Shown one piece after another: positions 51,945 through 63,658 of a stretch of DNA of 64,000 nucleotides. Both the position numbers and the translations under genes were made by a program. The stretch covers positions 896,001 through 960,000 of the forward strand of contig CAWEQH010000010.1 in assembly GCA_963811165.1 (NCBI GenBank), given 5' to 3'. Source of the stretch: an uncultured Nitrospiraceae bacterium (GTDB lineage Bacteria; Nitrospirota; Thermodesulfovibrionia; Thermodesulfovibrionales; UBA6898). The notes beneath the pieces were generated by a model that saw only the letters and a list, made by a program, of their open reading frames with translations, was not told the DNA's origin and ran no database searches. The stretch's first letter is position 1. Each line of letters begins with the position of its first letter.

Positions 51945-53054
51945 ATGGTAAATGAATTTTACATGAAAAAGGCCCTTGCCCTCGCAGCCCGTGCAAAGGG
52001 GATGACGAGCCCCAACCCTATGGTGGGCGCCCTGCTTGTAAAAAACGGCAAGGTGGTTGCCGAAGGGTATCACAAAAAGGCGGGGACGCCTCACGCAGAG
52101 GCAATTGCAATAGAAAACGCCGGACAGAGGGCAAGGGGCGCAACCCTTTACGTCAGTCTTGAACCCTGCTGCCACAAAAACAAAAGAACGCCCCCCTGTA
52201 CCCGAAAGATAATCTCCTCCGGAATAAAAAAGGTCGTCATCGCCATGAAAGACCCCAATCCAAAGGTATCGGGAAAGGGGATGGAGGAACTCGAAACCGC
52301 AGGGCTCAAGGTTGTTTCGGGCGTGCTCAGCGACAAGGCGGCCGAACTCAATGAATTTTACATAAAACATATAACGACAGGAATGCCCTTTGTCGTCCTT
52401 AAGGTCGCTATGACACTCGACGGAAAGATAGCCACGCCGGAAGGAGAATCAAAATGGATCACGGGCGAAAAGGCCAGGACTGCCGTGCACGCCCTTCGGG
52501 GCTCTGTCGATGCGATACTGACGGCCATCGGAACGATAAAGTCCGACAACCCGCAGCTGACCTGCAGGACCGAAGAGGACAACAACCCTGCCCGCGTCAT
52601 CATCGATCCTTCTTTGGAGGTAAGGCCTGACTCGAATGTATTGTGTATCCCGCCCGAGACGGTCATCGTGATGAGACGGCCGGAAGAGACAAGCGCCGGG
52701 CCTGAAATTCTCGAGAAAAAAAGGGTATTGCTCCATAGGGGAGCACAAATCATAGAGTATAGCGGAGACAAAGTCGACATGAAGTGGCTTATGAAAGAGC
52801 TGGGCACAAGGGGCATCATTTCCGTCTTGGTAGAGGGAGGCTCTTCCCTTAATTCATATTGTCTCGAAAGCGGGATAGTGGACAAGGTCATGTTCTTCGT
52901 TGCGCCGAAGATCATCGGCGGAAAGAGCTCATTCCCGGCGGTCGGCGGCAGGTCGTTTAGGAGGCTCGAAGAGGCTTACCGGATACATAACGTCGGGGTA
53001 AAAAGGATCGGCGAGGACATCCTCATCGAGGGGTACTTACATAACCATTCTTAA
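51945..53054 (+). CDS. ribD: Riboflavin biosynthesis deaminase/reductase RibD
   Basis: PNPMVG; HAE; LEPC..TPPC; TLDGKIA; VEGG. Confidence 0.96.
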   Translation: MVNEFYMKKALALAARAKGMTSPNPMVGALLVKNGKVVAEGYHKKAGTPHAEAIAIENAGQRARGATLYVSLEPCCHKNKRTPPCTRKIISSGIKKVVIAMKDPNPKVSGKGMEELETAGLKVVSGVLSDKAAELNEFYIKHITTGMPFVVLKVAMTLDGKIATPEGESKWITGEKARTAVHALRGSVDAILTAIGTIKSDNPQLTCRTEEDNNPARVIIDPSLEVRPDSNVLCIPPETVIVMRRPEETSAGPEILEKKRVLLHRGAQIIEYSGDKVDMKWLMKELGTRGIISVLVEGGSSLNSYCLESGIVDKVMFFVAPKIIGGKSSFPAVGGRSFRRLEEAYRIHNVGVKRIGEDILIEGYLHNHS

Positions 53055-53055
53055 A

Positions 53056-53083
53056 GTAAGGGCAATTCCTGGATTGCCCCTAC
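53056..53083. repeat. GTAG-type REP palindrome
   Basis: GTAAGGGCAATTCCTGGATTGCCCCTAC. Confidence 0.6.
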
Positions 53084-53109
53084 AAACGATCAACCAGTGG
53101 TGATGTGAC

Positions 53110-54081
53110 ATGAAAAACATCTTGGCAGCTGACATCGGCGGCACACACAGCCGGTTTGCGCATTTCAGCTCCGACGAAAAGGGCAACCTTTCCCTTCTTG
53201 ATACCAGGTGGCTCAATACGGCCGATGCCTCCTCCTTTGCACAGCTAATAGACAGCCTGAAAACGTCCGGCATGTCTCTTAGGCCCGGGGATGCGGATAT
53301 AGTCGTTATCGCAATCGCCGGACCGGTCGAACAGGGCATGAGAAGTTCGCCCCCTTTAATACCGTGGGAGGTGGATCTTTCCTCAGCACGTACGGACTAT
53401 GGCTTCAGACAATTTGCCTTGATCAATGACTTTATCGCCCAGGCGCTGGCCTGCCTTACGGAAGTGGGCGGGTCGGCAATGGAGATTCTTCACGGCGAAC
53501 CGGTAAAAAACGCCCTAAAGGCAGTTATCGGAGCGGGTACGGGGCTGGGACACGCTGCCCTTGTGCCTGACGGGAAAGGTCAATATTTGGCAGCGGCCTC
53601 AGAGGCGGGCCATGCGAATTTTCCATTTGTCTCGAAGCGGGAGTACGAATTTCAGGAGTTCCTTCTCAAGGAACGGGGTGATCGGTACATTACCGGAAAT
53701 ACGGTCGTCTCGGGGCAGGGACTGAGCTACATCCATCGTTTCCTCACGGGCGAGAAGCTTGCCCCCGCCGGGGTCTCAGAAAAATTCCCTCACCATCCGG
53801 AGACGCTCGAATGGGCCGCCAGGTTTTACGGGAGGGCTTGCAGGAACTTCGCCGTCGGCACCCTGGCTTTGGGCGGTCTCTATATCGCCGGAGGGGTGGC
53901 CGCAAAAAGTCCGGAACTGGTTACCCATAAATATTTCGAGGAAGAATTCCGGGCTTCGGATACGCTCTCTGCCCTGCTCGAAAAAATTCCCGTATACCTC
54001 ATTACTGACGAAAACAGCGGGCTATGGGGGAGCGCACTATTCGGGCTCCGACTGTTAAACAATTACCCGCGTGAAAAGTGA
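53110..54081 (+). CDS. glk: Glucokinase
   Basis: ADIGGT; AGPV; INDF; GAGTGLG; EAGH. Confidence 0.93.
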   Translation: MKNILAADIGGTHSRFAHFSSDEKGNLSLLDTRWLNTADASSFAQLIDSLKTSGMSLRPGDADIVVIAIAGPVEQGMRSSPPLIPWEVDLSSARTDYGFRQFALINDFIAQALACLTEVGGSAMEILHGEPVKNALKAVIGAGTGLGHAALVPDGKGQYLAAASEAGHANFPFVSKREYEFQEFLLKERGDRYITGNTVVSGQGLSYIHRFLTGEKLAPAGVSEKFPHHPETLEWAARFYGRACRNFAVGTLALGGLYIAGGVAAKSPELVTHKYFEEEFRASDTLSALLEKIPVYLITDENSGLWGSALFGLRLLNNYPREK

Positions 54082-54118
54082 TGCAGGTGGCCGCCAATGC
54101 GTTTCTTTCGAGGCTGTT

Positions 54119-54421
54119 CTACCCCGGCAGCTTGGCAGCGAGGACCTCTATCTTCTCGATAATAGGCGGCTGCGACAGCAGATCAGGCGCCTTCGCCATC
54201 AGTGCTGCGGCGACACGTCCGGAGAGATGGGCCTGACGGCCTGATTCGTCCGGAAAGGCATCGAATATACCGAAAGTAGAAGGCCCGAGACGGATCGCAA
54301 ACCAGGCTGTAGTTGCAGGCTCCTCCTGGACGACCTGCAGTCCTCCGCGGAGAAAGTTTTCGACCTCGGCCTCCTTCCCGGGTTTTGATTCCAACCGAAC
54401 AAACAACGCTACTGTGACCAT
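54119..54421 (-). CDS. Antibiotic biosynthesis monooxygenase (ABM) family protein
   Basis: LESKPGKE; FGIFDAF; R.AHL; RBS AGGAG. Confidence 0.85.
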   Translation of the reverse strand: MVTVALFVRLESKPGKEAEVENFLRGGLQVVQEEPATTAWFAIRLGPSTFGIFDAFPDESGRQAHLSGRVAAALMAKAPDLLSQPPIIEKIEVLAAKLPG

Positions 54422-54632
54422 GTCTATTCTCCTTTCTCCTGACCTGCTGGTTCTGTTTCGTACTCCTACGAAAAATGTTACCACGAAAATACGGCGCCGC
54501 ATATCCCGGTTTATTCACAAACTTGGTCCGGTGCCGGAAAGGGATGAATTTAAATGGTAGTGGGTCAGTTTACCCACTACCATTTATTACGATTTCTCTG
54601 GTCTGAGTCACTTTGTTCTGATAGAATAGGAC

Positions 54633-55385
54633 ATGTCGTCCAAGTCCAATATAAACATAGTCTCGGGTCTCTGCCAGGAATTCAGCAGCAATTGCAGCGT
54701 CGGCGGCATCACGTACCATGTGCAGACCGAAGATATGGGCACTAAGACATGCAAGATCATCTCCCGTGTGTATCAGAAGGGAGAGGTAGTCATGAGCCGA
54801 AAGTCGGACTACTCCCACATCGTGGAACTGAAAGACCGGAAAGAGAAGCTTAAGACCCTCATGGAGAACCATCACAAGGCAACGATCGACACTTTTACAA
54901 AGGGCATGTCGAAGAAGCAAAAGACCAAATCCGACTATTTCGAAGAGGCCAAGAAACTCTTACGGAAAGGCAGTGGAAAGGCGGCCATGGGGACGCTTCG
55001 GGAGTCACTCGAGAATTTCCCTTCTGACCCTTTTCTTATGTCGTATTACGGCTGTCTGGTCGCTGTCGTCGAAAACAATCCGAAAGAGGGGATAAGACTA
55101 TGCCGGGAGGCTATCGGCGGGATCCGGAATTCATTGCCCTTCGGCAGTGAATTCTTTTACCCTGCCCTCTACCTTAATCTGGGGCGGGCCTGTCTGAAGG
55201 GCAACCGCAGGGCAGAGGCCGTCGATGCGTTTCAGACAGGTCTGAAGAACGACCCTGATAATCATGATCTCTTATGGGAGTTGAGGAAACTCGGCATGAG
55301 GAAAAAACCTCCGGTCCCTTTTCTGCAGAGAAGCAACCCGGTCAACAAATATATAGGCCTGCTCGTTTCAAAAGTCGCCAGGTAA
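54633..55385 (+). CDS. TPR-containing protein
   Basis: YHVQTED N-terminal domain; YLNLGRA TPR motif. Confidence 0.75.
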   Translation: MSSKSNINIVSGLCQEFSSNCSVGGITYHVQTEDMGTKTCKIISRVYQKGEVVMSRKSDYSHIVELKDRKEKLKTLMENHHKATIDTFTKGMSKKQKTKSDYFEEAKKLLRKGSGKAAMGTLRESLENFPSDPFLMSYYGCLVAVVENNPKEGIRLCREAIGGIRNSLPFGSEFFYPALYLNLGRACLKGNRRAEAVDAFQTGLKNDPDNHDLLWELRKLGMRKKPPVPFLQRSNPVNKYIGLLVSKVAR

Positions 55386-55388
55386 ACG

Positions 55389-56267
55389 CTATCCGACTAT
55401 AATACGGTAAATCTCCCGATACCTCTCGATCGCCTTTTCGACTATATGGCCGGGAAGGACCGGTCCGGGATAAGTCTGGTCCCAATCGAGAGTCAGCAGA
55501 TAGTCCCTGATAATCTGTTTGTCATAGCTGTCCTGCCCCTTCCCCGGCTCATACGTCTTCATCGACCAAAACCGCGACGAATCCGGGGTGAGCACTTCGT
55601 CTATGAGTATGAGCTTGCCGCCATACATGCCGAATTCGAATTTGGTGTCTGCGATGATAATACCTTTCTTTTCGGCCATGTCTCCGGCCTTTTTATAAAT
55701 CCTGAGGCTTGCGTCCTTTAGTCTTTCTGCCTTCTCATCGCCGACCATATTTTTCATCCTGTCGAAGCCTATATTTATGTCGTGTCCTTCTTCGGCCTTC
55801 GTGCTCGGCGTAAATATCGGCTCCGCAAGCCGCGATGACTCGACGAGACCAGAGGGAAGAATAATGCCGCATACCGTACCCTTCGCCTTATATTCTTTCC
55901 ATCCGGACCCCGAAAGATAGCCCCTGACGATGCATTCGACCGGCATGGGGTCGGCCTTTTTTACAAGCATGCTCCTCCCTTCAAGTACTTCCCGGTATTT
56001 GTGCAAAACCGCGGGGTAATCTTTTACCTCGGTCGCCACGATATGGTTTTCGATTATGTCCCTCACCTGGCCGAACCAGTAAAGCGATATCTGGGTCAGG
56101 ACCTTGCCCTTCCCTGCGATTCCGTTTGGCAGTACCACGTCGAAGGCGGATATACGGTCTGTAGCAATGATGAGGAGGAATTCCCCAACCTCATACACGT
56201 CCCTCACCTTGCCCCTTCTGAGGAGCTTTATGTCCGGCAGATTAGTTTCAACGATCACTTTTTCCAT
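55389..56267 (-). CDS. purC: SAICAR synthetase
   Basis: [31 protein letters not shown]. Confidence 0.97.
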   Translation of the reverse strand: MEKVIVETNLPDIKLLRRGKVRDVYEVGEFLLIIATDRISAFDVVLPNGIAGKGKVLTQISLYWFGQVRDIIENHIVATEVKDYPAVLHKYREVLEGRSMLVKKADPMPVECIVRGYLSGSGWKEYKAKGTVCGIILPSGLVESSRLAEPIFTPSTKAEEGHDINIGFDRMKNMVGDEKAERLKDASLRIYKKAGDMAEKKGIIIADTKFEFGMYGGKLILIDEVLTPDSSRFWSMKTYEPGKGQDSYDKQIIRDYLLTLDWDQTYPGPVLPGHIVEKAIERYREIYRIIVG

Positions 56268-56482
56268 GAGTGCCCTCTTAGCCCGTAAAATTTAATACAC
56301 AAATAAGGCTTGATACGGTATTCGAACGGTTTCTTTTGCCGATATTCCTACAGTACCCCCCTTACCAAGGGGGGATGTAAGGGGGGTGAGGCAAAAGCCT
56401 CGGAGTCCCGAAAGTCGGGACGAGAATGAGAGAGAATGCCGTGTCACGCCTTACTCTTACCATAGTTTATTGAAAATGTGGT

Positions 56483-57910
56483 TCAGCCAAGTTTTTTCTT
56501 GAGCAGCTCGTTTAGCATCTTAGGGTTGGCCTTCCCCTTCGTCGCCTTCATCACCTGCCCGACGAAGAACCCCAAAAGTTTTTCGTCTCCGGACCTGAAC
56601 CTCTCGACCTCCTGCGGATGCCCGGCGATCACTTCGTCGACCGCCTTTTCGATCGCGGATTCATCGCTTATCTGCAGAAGACCTTTTTCCTTTACGATTT
56701 CTTCTGCGTTCTTCCCGCTCCTATACATTTCTTCAAAGACCGTCTTGGCGATCTTTCCGCTGATGGTCCCCTTCTCTACGAGCACCAGCATCCCGGCCAG
56801 TTGTGCCGGCTTTAGCGGGCATTCATCTATGAATTTATTGTCCTCGTTCAAAAGTCTCATGAGATCGCCCATCATCCAGTTGGAGACCGCCTTGGGCTGG
56901 CCGCCGGCCTTTATCGCCTCCTCGAACCACCCGGCAATCGCCTTCTCTGAAGTGAGAAGGTCGGCATCGTATTCGGGTATCCCATACTCCGATACGAAAC
57001 GGCTTCTCCTTGCATCAGGCAGCTCGGGAAGCCCGGCCTTTATCTCCTCTACCCAGCCCGGATCGGCCGTGATCGGCACCAGGTCAGGCTCGGGAAAATA
57101 CCTGTAGTCATGGGCCTCTTCCTTTGAGCGCATCGATTCCGTAATGCCCTTTCCCGAATCCCAGAGCCTCGTCTCCTGGACGATCTTTCCGCCCTCTTCG
57201 ATCACCTTTATCTGCCTCTTTATCTCGTACTCGACCGCTTTTTCGACAAACCTGAAGGAATTGATGTTCTTCACCTCGGCGCGGGTACCGAATTCCTTCT
57301 GACCGACCGGCCTTACCGAAACGTTTGCGTCGCACCGAAGCGAGCCCTCTTCCATGTTGCCGTCGCATACGCCCAAATACCTAAGTATAGACCTGAGCTT
57401 CTTCATATACTCGGACGCCTCTTTAGGACTGCGGATGTCGGGCTCGGAGACTATCTCCATCAGGGGGACTCCGGCCCTGTTCAAATCCACAAAGCTGTAG
57501 TTGCCCCCTCCTTCGTGGATGTTTTTTCCGGCGTCCTCCTCCATATGTATCCTCGTGATGCCTATCCTTCTGGCCCCGCCGTCCGCCGCGATCTCGATAA
57601 AGCCGTGCTCGCAGATCGGGTGTTCGAATTGGCTTATCTGATAGCCCTTCGGGAGGTCGGGATAGAAATAATTCTTCCGGGCAAACCGGCTGTAAGAGGA
57701 TATGCTGCAGTGCGTCGCCAGTCCGGTCCTTATCGCAAATTCAAGCGCCTTTTTATTAAGGACCGGAAGGACACCCGGCATGCCTATACAGATCTCGCAG
57801 GTCTGCGTATTGGGCTCGGAGCCGAACTTTGTAGAGCAGCCGCAAAACACCTTCGTATCCGTAAGCAACTGGGCATGAACTTCTAGTCCTATTACCGCCT
57901 CGTATTTCAC
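56483..57910 (-). CDS. gatB: Asp/Glu-tRNA amidotransferase subunit B
   Basis: [35 protein letters not shown]. Confidence 0.98.
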   Translation of the reverse strand: MKYEAVIGLEVHAQLLTDTKVFCGCSTKFGSEPNTQTCEICIGMPGVLPVLNKKALEFAIRTGLATHCSISSYSRFARKNYFYPDLPKGYQISQFEHPICEHGFIEIAADGGARRIGITRIHMEEDAGKNIHEGGGNYSFVDLNRAGVPLMEIVSEPDIRSPKEASEYMKKLRSILRYLGVCDGNMEEGSLRCDANVSVRPVGQKEFGTRAEVKNINSFRFVEKAVEYEIKRQIKVIEEGGKIVQETRLWDSGKGITESMRSKEEAHDYRYFPEPDLVPITADPGWVEEIKAGLPELPDARRSRFVSEYGIPEYDADLLTSEKAIAGWFEEAIKAGGQPKAVSNWMMGDLMRLLNEDNKFIDECPLKPAQLAGMLVLVEKGTISGKIAKTVFEEMYRSGKNAEEIVKEKGLLQISDESAIEKAVDEVIAGHPQEVERFRSGDEKLLGFFVGQVMKATKGKANPKMLNELLKKKLG

Positions 57911-59361
57911 AGCGCCGGCCTCCTCTTATGCCAGTCTGTAGATTGCTCATAGGCAGAAGACGCCCTAAGCAGCGTCTCTTCACCGAAGTGTTGTCCGATC
58001 AACTGGAGCCCTATCGGCAGACCTCCGGATGTAAACCCGCAGGGGATCGAAATGCCCGGGACACCCGCAAGGTTAACCGATATCGTAAAGATGTCGGCCA
58101 GATACATCTGCAGAGGATCTTCCGTCTTTTCTCCGATCCTGAAGGCGGCGGTCGGAGAAGTAGGGGTCACAACGATATCGACTTTCTTGAACGCATTTTC
58201 GAAATCGTTTTTGATGAGCGTCCTCACCTGTTGCGCCTTTTTATAATATGCGTCGTAATAGCCGGATGAAAGCGCGTAGGTGCCGATCATGATCCTCCTT
58301 TTCACCTCTGCGCCGAACCCCTGGGCCCTTGATTTCATGTACATGTCGATCAGGTCCTTGCCTTCGGCCCTGAAACCGTACTTGACGCCGTCATAACGGG
58401 CAAGGTTTGAACTCGCCTCCGAAGTCGCAAGCACATAGTAGGTGGCCACGGCATAACCGGTATGAGGGAGGGAAACCTCGACGGGCACTGCGCCCAGCGA
58501 CTCGAATTTTCCGATAGCCTCTTTCACGGCCCTTTCGACCTCGGGGTCGAGTCCTTCGATGAAGTACTCCTTCGGTATGCCGATCTTAAGCCCCTTGATA
58601 TCTCTTCCTACGACCGAGGCAAAGTCGGGGACGTCCACGGGAGCAGACGTGGAGTCGCGGGGGTCCCTGCCTGACAAGACATTCATGAGTATCGCGCAGT
58701 CCCGCACATTCTTTGTTATCGGACCTATCTGGTCCAAAGAGGACGCAAAGGCGACAAGGCCATAGCGTGAGACCCTGCCGTAGGTCGGCTTCAGGCCTAC
58801 GACCCCGCACAACGACGCAGGCTGTCTTATCGATCCGCCGGTATCGGAGCCCAAGGCCGCGATACATTCACCCGCGGCAACCGCAGCAGCGGACCCGCCG
58901 CTGGACCCTCCGGGTATCCTTCCGGTGTCCCATGGGTTTCTCGTCGTATGAAATCCTGAATTCTCAGTCGATGACCCCATCGCAAACTCGTCGAGGTTCG
59001 TCTTTCCCGTAAGCACATAGCCGTCTTTCCGCAGCCTTGCGGTAACAGAACTTTCATAAGGAGGAACAAAGTTCCGAAGGATCTTCGACGAGCAGGTGGT
59101 CTTTATCCCCTTAGTGCACATGTTGTCCTTGATCGCGATGGGAATTCCCAGGAGTGTACCGGACCTGCCTTCAGACCTTTCTTTGTCGGCGGCACCGGCC
59201 ATCTCAAACGCCTCATCCCGCGTCAGGGTAACGTAGGCCCTGATCTTCTCCTCCACCGCGTCGATCCTTCCATAGACAGAGGAGATGACCTCCACGGCAG
59301 AGATCTCCTTTTTTTCGAGCATCCGCTTAAGATCATGGATTCCAAGATTGAAAAGCTCCAA
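57907..59361 (-). CDS. gatA: Asp/Glu-tRNA amidotransferase subunit A
   Basis: [22 protein letters not shown] start. Confidence 0.97.
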   Translation of the reverse strand: MELFNLGIHDLKRMLEKKEISAVEVISSVYGRIDAVEEKIRAYVTLTRDEAFEMAGAADKERSEGRSGTLLGIPIAIKDNMCTKGIKTTCSSKILRNFVPPYESSVTARLRKDGYVLTGKTNLDEFAMGSSTENSGFHTTRNPWDTGRIPGGSSGGSAAAVAAGECIAALGSDTGGSIRQPASLCGVVGLKPTYGRVSRYGLVAFASSLDQIGPITKNVRDCAILMNVLSGRDPRDSTSAPVDVPDFASVVGRDIKGLKIGIPKEYFIEGLDPEVERAVKEAIGKFESLGAVPVEVSLPHTGYAVATYYVLATSEASSNLARYDGVKYGFRAEGKDLIDMYMKSRAQGFGAEVKRRIMIGTYALSSGYYDAYYKKAQQVRTLIKNDFENAFKKVDIVVTPTSPTAAFRIGEKTEDPLQMYLADIFTISVNLAGVPGISIPCGFTSGGLPIGLQLIGQHFGEETLLRASSAYEQSTDWHKRRPAL

Positions 59362-59469
59362 AAAAACCTCCGGGAAAATTGGGATTTAAAAGTTTAGCAC
59401 TCGCAGATTGCTGATTGCAATATTTTCACAGTTGAAAGAATATCTATCTATATTATTATTCGTTAGTTC

Positions 59470-59692
59470 TCACCGCCGGAGCCCTTTTTGATAATTTTAG
59501 GTTTGCGACAAAGGCCGAAGGTTAAAAATTTCAGGCTGTCTGAGCCCCGAAAACTTTCGGGGCGAGTTCCTAAAATTTACTGAGGCCGACCGAGCAAACC
59601 GTGAAGAAATTATCATGGGGTGCCCTTCTTTCGGCTACATTTCTTGGAGCAAGCAAGAAATGTAGCTCGGGTATGGGGCGAAGCTCCATAAA
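59470..59692. repeat. Probable non-autonomous palindromic (MITE/REP-like) element
   Basis: Stacked hairpins GCCCCGAAA..TTTCGGGGC, GCTACATTTCTTG..CAAGAAATGTAGC, ATGGGGC..GCTCCAT in non-coding DNA. Confidence 0.45.
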
Positions 59693-59743
59693 AAAGATAA
59701 TTGATCATATCTTGCATATTCTTCACCACTAACTTTTCACTAT

Positions 59744-60175
59744 TTACTTCTTCTTATTAAAATCGACCCTGACGACTTTATTGCCGGACGATTTCGCAGG
59801 CTTTCCGCCGGGTTTCGACGCCCGTTTTTTCGCGTGGAGTTCGTTTTTTCCAGGATGCGGTGCCTCCTCGGACGCCGAAAACTGGGCAGAGAGCTCAGGA
59901 GAAAATACCGATATGATCGACTCAAGCGGGATAAAACATTGATGAGTGACGGCACCGAAAACGAGTTTTGCCGATATCCCGTCCCCGCCCCACTCGAAAT
60001 TCATCCTTCTGTTAAACACAAGGACAATCCCCTTTTCCTTCTCCTCGGGCAAAAACCCCCGCTCGCCGATGACGACGTCCGGAGAATAACGCGCAAGGAT
60101 AAAGACCCTGCCGACAAGATCGAGCATGTCAAAGAATATCCTTTTTTTCAGTTCATTCAGGTTCGATACCGTCAT
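59744..60175 (-). CDS. SspB-like ClpXP adaptor
   Basis: GISAKL.FG..CFIP..SI; C-terminal KVVRVDF.KK. Confidence 0.7.
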   Translation of the reverse strand: MTVSNLNELKKRIFFDMLDLVGRVFILARYSPDVVIGERGFLPEEKEKGIVLVFNRRMNFEWGGDGISAKLVFGAVTHQCFIPLESIISVFSPELSAQFSASEEAPHPGKNELHAKKRASKPGGKPAKSSGNKVVRVDFNKKK

Positions 60176-60413
60176 CTCGTTCTCCGGCGGCCGGCTTCTC
60201 CTGCCGGTCCCTCATCATCTCTTCAGCCGCAGCCCTGTCCTCTTCCTTTACAAGCACCTTCACTTCTCCCATCTTCCCCATATTCACCGGATAGGGCGTC
60301 ACCTTCGAAGACCGTATCTCGGCCTTTATGCCGCCGCTTTCCAAGAGGTCTTTGATCATCTCGGCCTCTAAGGAATCATATGTCACGATCAATTCAATCC
60401 ATTTACCGGGCAT
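60153..60413 (-). CDS. DUF2007 domain protein
   Basis: EAEMIKDLLESGGI..VKVLV.EED. Confidence 0.8.
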   Translation of the reverse strand: MPGKWIELIVTYDSLEAEMIKDLLESGGIKAEIRSSKVTPYPVNMGKMGEVKVLVKEEDRAAAEEMMRDRQEKPAAGERDDGIEPE

Positions 60414-60714
60414 GGTTAAGCATAAAATTATGGAGAAGACTAAGTCAAAATTTTTGGCCCCGAGTCGGACAACTTCCTTAGAAGACCTTCGCCCCTCTAC
60501 CGGGGAACTCACACGGGCATTGCCTCCGTGTTCGCTTAAAAAAATATTATTTTCCCCTGCCGCAAGCGCATGGCTTTCTAACGGGATGAATTGCAGCAAC
60601 CTGCTTTGTGAAATTGGGATCACGGGTTCGTGTTACACCGACACCCATTTAGAGGACAAATAAATACTTCAGCCGTGATGGAAGAGATATCGATTACCGA
60701 TTAAACTCTGCAAC

Positions 60715-60744
60715 AAAAAAGGGCGAGTGAAGATTGCTCGCCCT
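60715..60744 (-). terminator. Intrinsic terminator
   Basis: GGGCGAG..CTCGCCC hairpin with T-run. Confidence 0.75.
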
Positions 60745-60762
60745 GCGGAATTAGTATTCCCG

Positions 60763-63105
60763 TCACTGTGCCATCCAGTATTTTTTCTCTCCGGGGTTTG
60801 CGCAATTTGGTCCCAGGATATAGTACCCTTTGATTGTATGGGGATATATCAGTGTTCCCGTATAGTATGAAACACAATCCTTGCCGTCTGTCGGCGTGAG
60901 TGTGATAGTCGAGCCGGCCTGCGTCCAGCTGCCATGATAGTCCGGCCTTGCCATGTCGGAAGAGGCGAAAATATCGTACTGATGATTTGTATAAAACTTC
61001 AGATAGTTCGGCACGGGATAACAGGACGTGGATGTCTCGTCACAGCTCTTGTATATGTCCCAGCTATAAGTGAACAGGTCGACGGTATTTGTCGTCTCAG
61101 GTTCCATACGGACCTCGTCGTAGGCCCAACTCCCGATGACCTCACCGTAGCGCATGACCACATCCTCGATGGCATAATCCAATAGCGCAAGGGCATCGAC
61201 AAAGCTGAAAAGTGGTGAGGGAGTCTCTAAAAGTTGAGTATTGATATAGGCCGTCGGCAGGTCATGGGCCAGATCCTCGAAAGTCCTCTTGAGATTGTCC
61301 CGGCCCAGTGCCGACCAGAGATTGCCATTGCCGGTGTACCATTCACTGGTAGCGTACATCGCCAGATTGCAGGCTAAGTTCATTATAGGTTCTGTCGCCT
61401 CGGTGAGATCTCCCGTGGCCCAAAGAAGTCTGAAGCCTTCAAAAAACATGGAGGCGAGATCTATATTGTTCAGGGCGTTGACGAGCTTCGGGTCCTTTTG
61501 GTTGCCGAGTTCGAGCCCTTCTATTTCAAGGCCGGTTATCTGGCTCGGCAGCCCCCGAAGCAACGCGAGCACCTGAGAGCCGATGCTATCCTCGCCTGAG
61601 AGTATTGAGAAGAAATGCGGCAACAACCGCCAGGTTGCCCCGAATGTCTCTATCGTAAGGGAGCTTGAGTCTAAGTCGAGGCTCTCTTCGTTGTCGTTAC
61701 TCGCATTAAACCATTCCCCCGTATACCCCAACTTGGGGCCAAAATACGTGCCGATAAGCCGGAGCAGATTATTATCGAAATAGCGGGCCGGAGGTGACAC
61801 AAAGAAGGGGCCGCTCCCGTCCGTGCCCTCTATCGCAGCCCACCGATGGAACTGGTTCGTGGCATCCACTATTTTCTCGGCGAGCCTTGTGAGCTTAACT
61901 CCGGTCTTTAGGGTCAAAGGGTTCGCATAAGTGAGGAGTTGATCACTGGTTGCGGCATCGAGCCCTGAAGCGGCGGCCGAAGGATTATCACCAAAGTAGT
62001 CCATGACAAATAGCCCGACGGACCTGCGGGTCGTATCATCGGAGATGGCTACGTTGCCGAGTGCGGTGTTATAAAGATAGGCCTTTCCCGACTTGACAAC
62101 CCCAACCAGGGTATTCTCCGGCACCGAGGCAGTTTGGTCGTAGTACTGCCCCTTAATAAGTATTTGTGAGTTAGGAATAAACAATGTCCCGTCAGCGAAG
62201 CCCGCGCTGCCGTCGGCGACATTTTCCGGTCCGGGCTTTACGTAGTAGGAAGTAGTCCAGATGTAATAGATGTCCGTTCGCCCGGCAGGTCCCGCCCCGA
62301 AATAGAGGTCATACCTCCCCGGGGGAAGTCCCGAAAGAGGACGATCCCCAAAGATATTCTCACTCAAAGGCCCCGTAACATTCCTGCGCCAAGGGACATA
62401 GCCGGCGGAAAACGGTTTTAATTGGTTATTTTCCGCCAGTAGATAGATGTTCTTTGAGTCAATAGGATTGGCACGGACTCCGACGTAGAGGTCAACCGGG
62501 GCCGCAAATCTCTGGGTCTCGACCTTGACCGTAATTGTCTTACTACCCGAGACGGAGGGTTGGATACAAATCGGCTTGGAACTCGCGGCATCATAGTTTG
62601 CGACGCACGTTCCGGTTGGTTGATAAGCCCAGATTTCCTGTCCGGTCGGAACCGGCAGTGCGCCTATCGGCACCTCCACAGTGGCGGTCAAGGTGAAAGA
62701 AGTTCTTGTGCCGTTCAGATTCAGTGTCGCGACATACCACACGCCTTCGCGAAGGGGAGGGGTTGTCTCAGGTGTCAGCACAATCGTTTCATCCGCCGTC
62801 CACCCTATCGATCTAGCGTCAGCATTCGCGTACAATTGCTCCGGAGTATTGCCTTGGGCGGGACTGCCGTACTTCAAATAGAGATCGAGATCGCCGCTTC
62901 CGTTTCTGATGGTGACAGTAAGTTTTGTGGCACCTGAAGGTATGTAGATATCCGTATTGGCATATGTCATGGACTCGAGATACGTGTCGAAGGGAACACC
63001 GCTTTGGAGCGACGCTTCAGAGTTGAGGGGAAAAGTAAGAACCAAGAAAAAGACAGATATAATTAGTGATGATACTGCTCGCGCGTGTCCCATACCCACC
63101 TCCAA
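60763..63105 (-). CDS. Secreted protein with N-terminal PPC-like domain
   Basis: Signal peptide; IPSGATKLTV..GSGDLDLYLKYG..E.I..G.WYV. Confidence 0.7.
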   Translation of the reverse strand: MEVGMGHARAVSSLIISVFFLVLTFPLNSEASLQSGVPFDTYLESMTYANTDIYIPSGATKLTVTIRNGSGDLDLYLKYGSPAQGNTPEQLYANADARSIGWTADETIVLTPETTPPLREGVWYVATLNLNGTRTSFTLTATVEVPIGALPVPTGQEIWAYQPTGTCVANYDAASSKPICIQPSVSGSKTITVKVETQRFAAPVDLYVGVRANPIDSKNIYLLAENNQLKPFSAGYVPWRRNVTGPLSENIFGDRPLSGLPPGRYDLYFGAGPAGRTDIYYIWTTSYYVKPGPENVADGSAGFADGTLFIPNSQILIKGQYYDQTASVPENTLVGVVKSGKAYLYNTALGNVAISDDTTRRSVGLFVMDYFGDNPSAAASGLDAATSDQLLTYANPLTLKTGVKLTRLAEKIVDATNQFHRWAAIEGTDGSGPFFVSPPARYFDNNLLRLIGTYFGPKLGYTGEWFNASNDNEESLDLDSSSLTIETFGATWRLLPHFFSILSGEDSIGSQVLALLRGLPSQITGLEIEGLELGNQKDPKLVNALNNIDLASMFFEGFRLLWATGDLTEATEPIMNLACNLAMYATSEWYTGNGNLWSALGRDNLKRTFEDLAHDLPTAYINTQLLETPSPLFSFVDALALLDYAIEDVVMRYGEVIGSWAYDEVRMEPETTNTVDLFTYSWDIYKSCDETSTSCYPVPNYLKFYTNHQYDIFASSDMARPDYHGSWTQAGSTITLTPTDGKDCVSYYTGTLIYPHTIKGYYILGPNCANPGEKKYWMAQ

Positions 63106-63228
63106 TGGCTGGACATAGAGGGGAGGGTCGCTATTGCCCTCTCAATTGACTTCTATCATGGATACATGCGGTTGTCAATTTATAATTTGAGGTTCCTACG
63201 TCATTTCACAGAGTAAAGCAAGAGCTCG

Positions 63229-63633
63229 TTATCCTACTGATTTCAACTTGAACGCTTCAATTCTGAGTTCCCTGATAATGGCCTCATTGGCGGCCGGAAA
63301 ATCGAACGCGTCAAGTCCCTCTGGCGCGACCCACGCAGAGGCATCGTGCACACGAAGGGTAATCTCTCCCGAAAGATGCCTTACTCGGTACGCAAGCAGT
63401 TCCACCTTGATATGAGGATACTCATAAGTGCTTGAGCAGATAAAGGCCCCGACTTCCGTTTCGATGTCGAGCTCTTCGCGCAACTCGCGCCTGAGGGCCT
63501 CCTCGGGAGTCTCTCCGCTTTCGAGCTTGCCTCCCGGGAACTCCCATTTGTGGGCGAGCTTGTCCCCTTTCATTCTCCGCACGATAAGGAACTTCCCGTC
63601 TCTTTCGATCACTCCCGCGACTACCTTGACCAT
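63229..63633 (-). CDS. NUDIX (MutT/NudG-like) pyrophosphohydrolase
   Basis: [26 protein letters not shown]udix box. Confidence 0.92.
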   Translation of the reverse strand: MVKVVAGVIERDGKFLIVRRMKGDKLAHKWEFPGGKLESGETPEEALRRELREELDIETEVGAFICSSTYEYPHIKVELLAYRVRHLSGEITLRVHDASAWVAPEGLDAFDFPAANEAIIRELRIEAFKLKSVG

Positions 63634-63658
63634 AATAACCTCAATTCACCATAACCTT

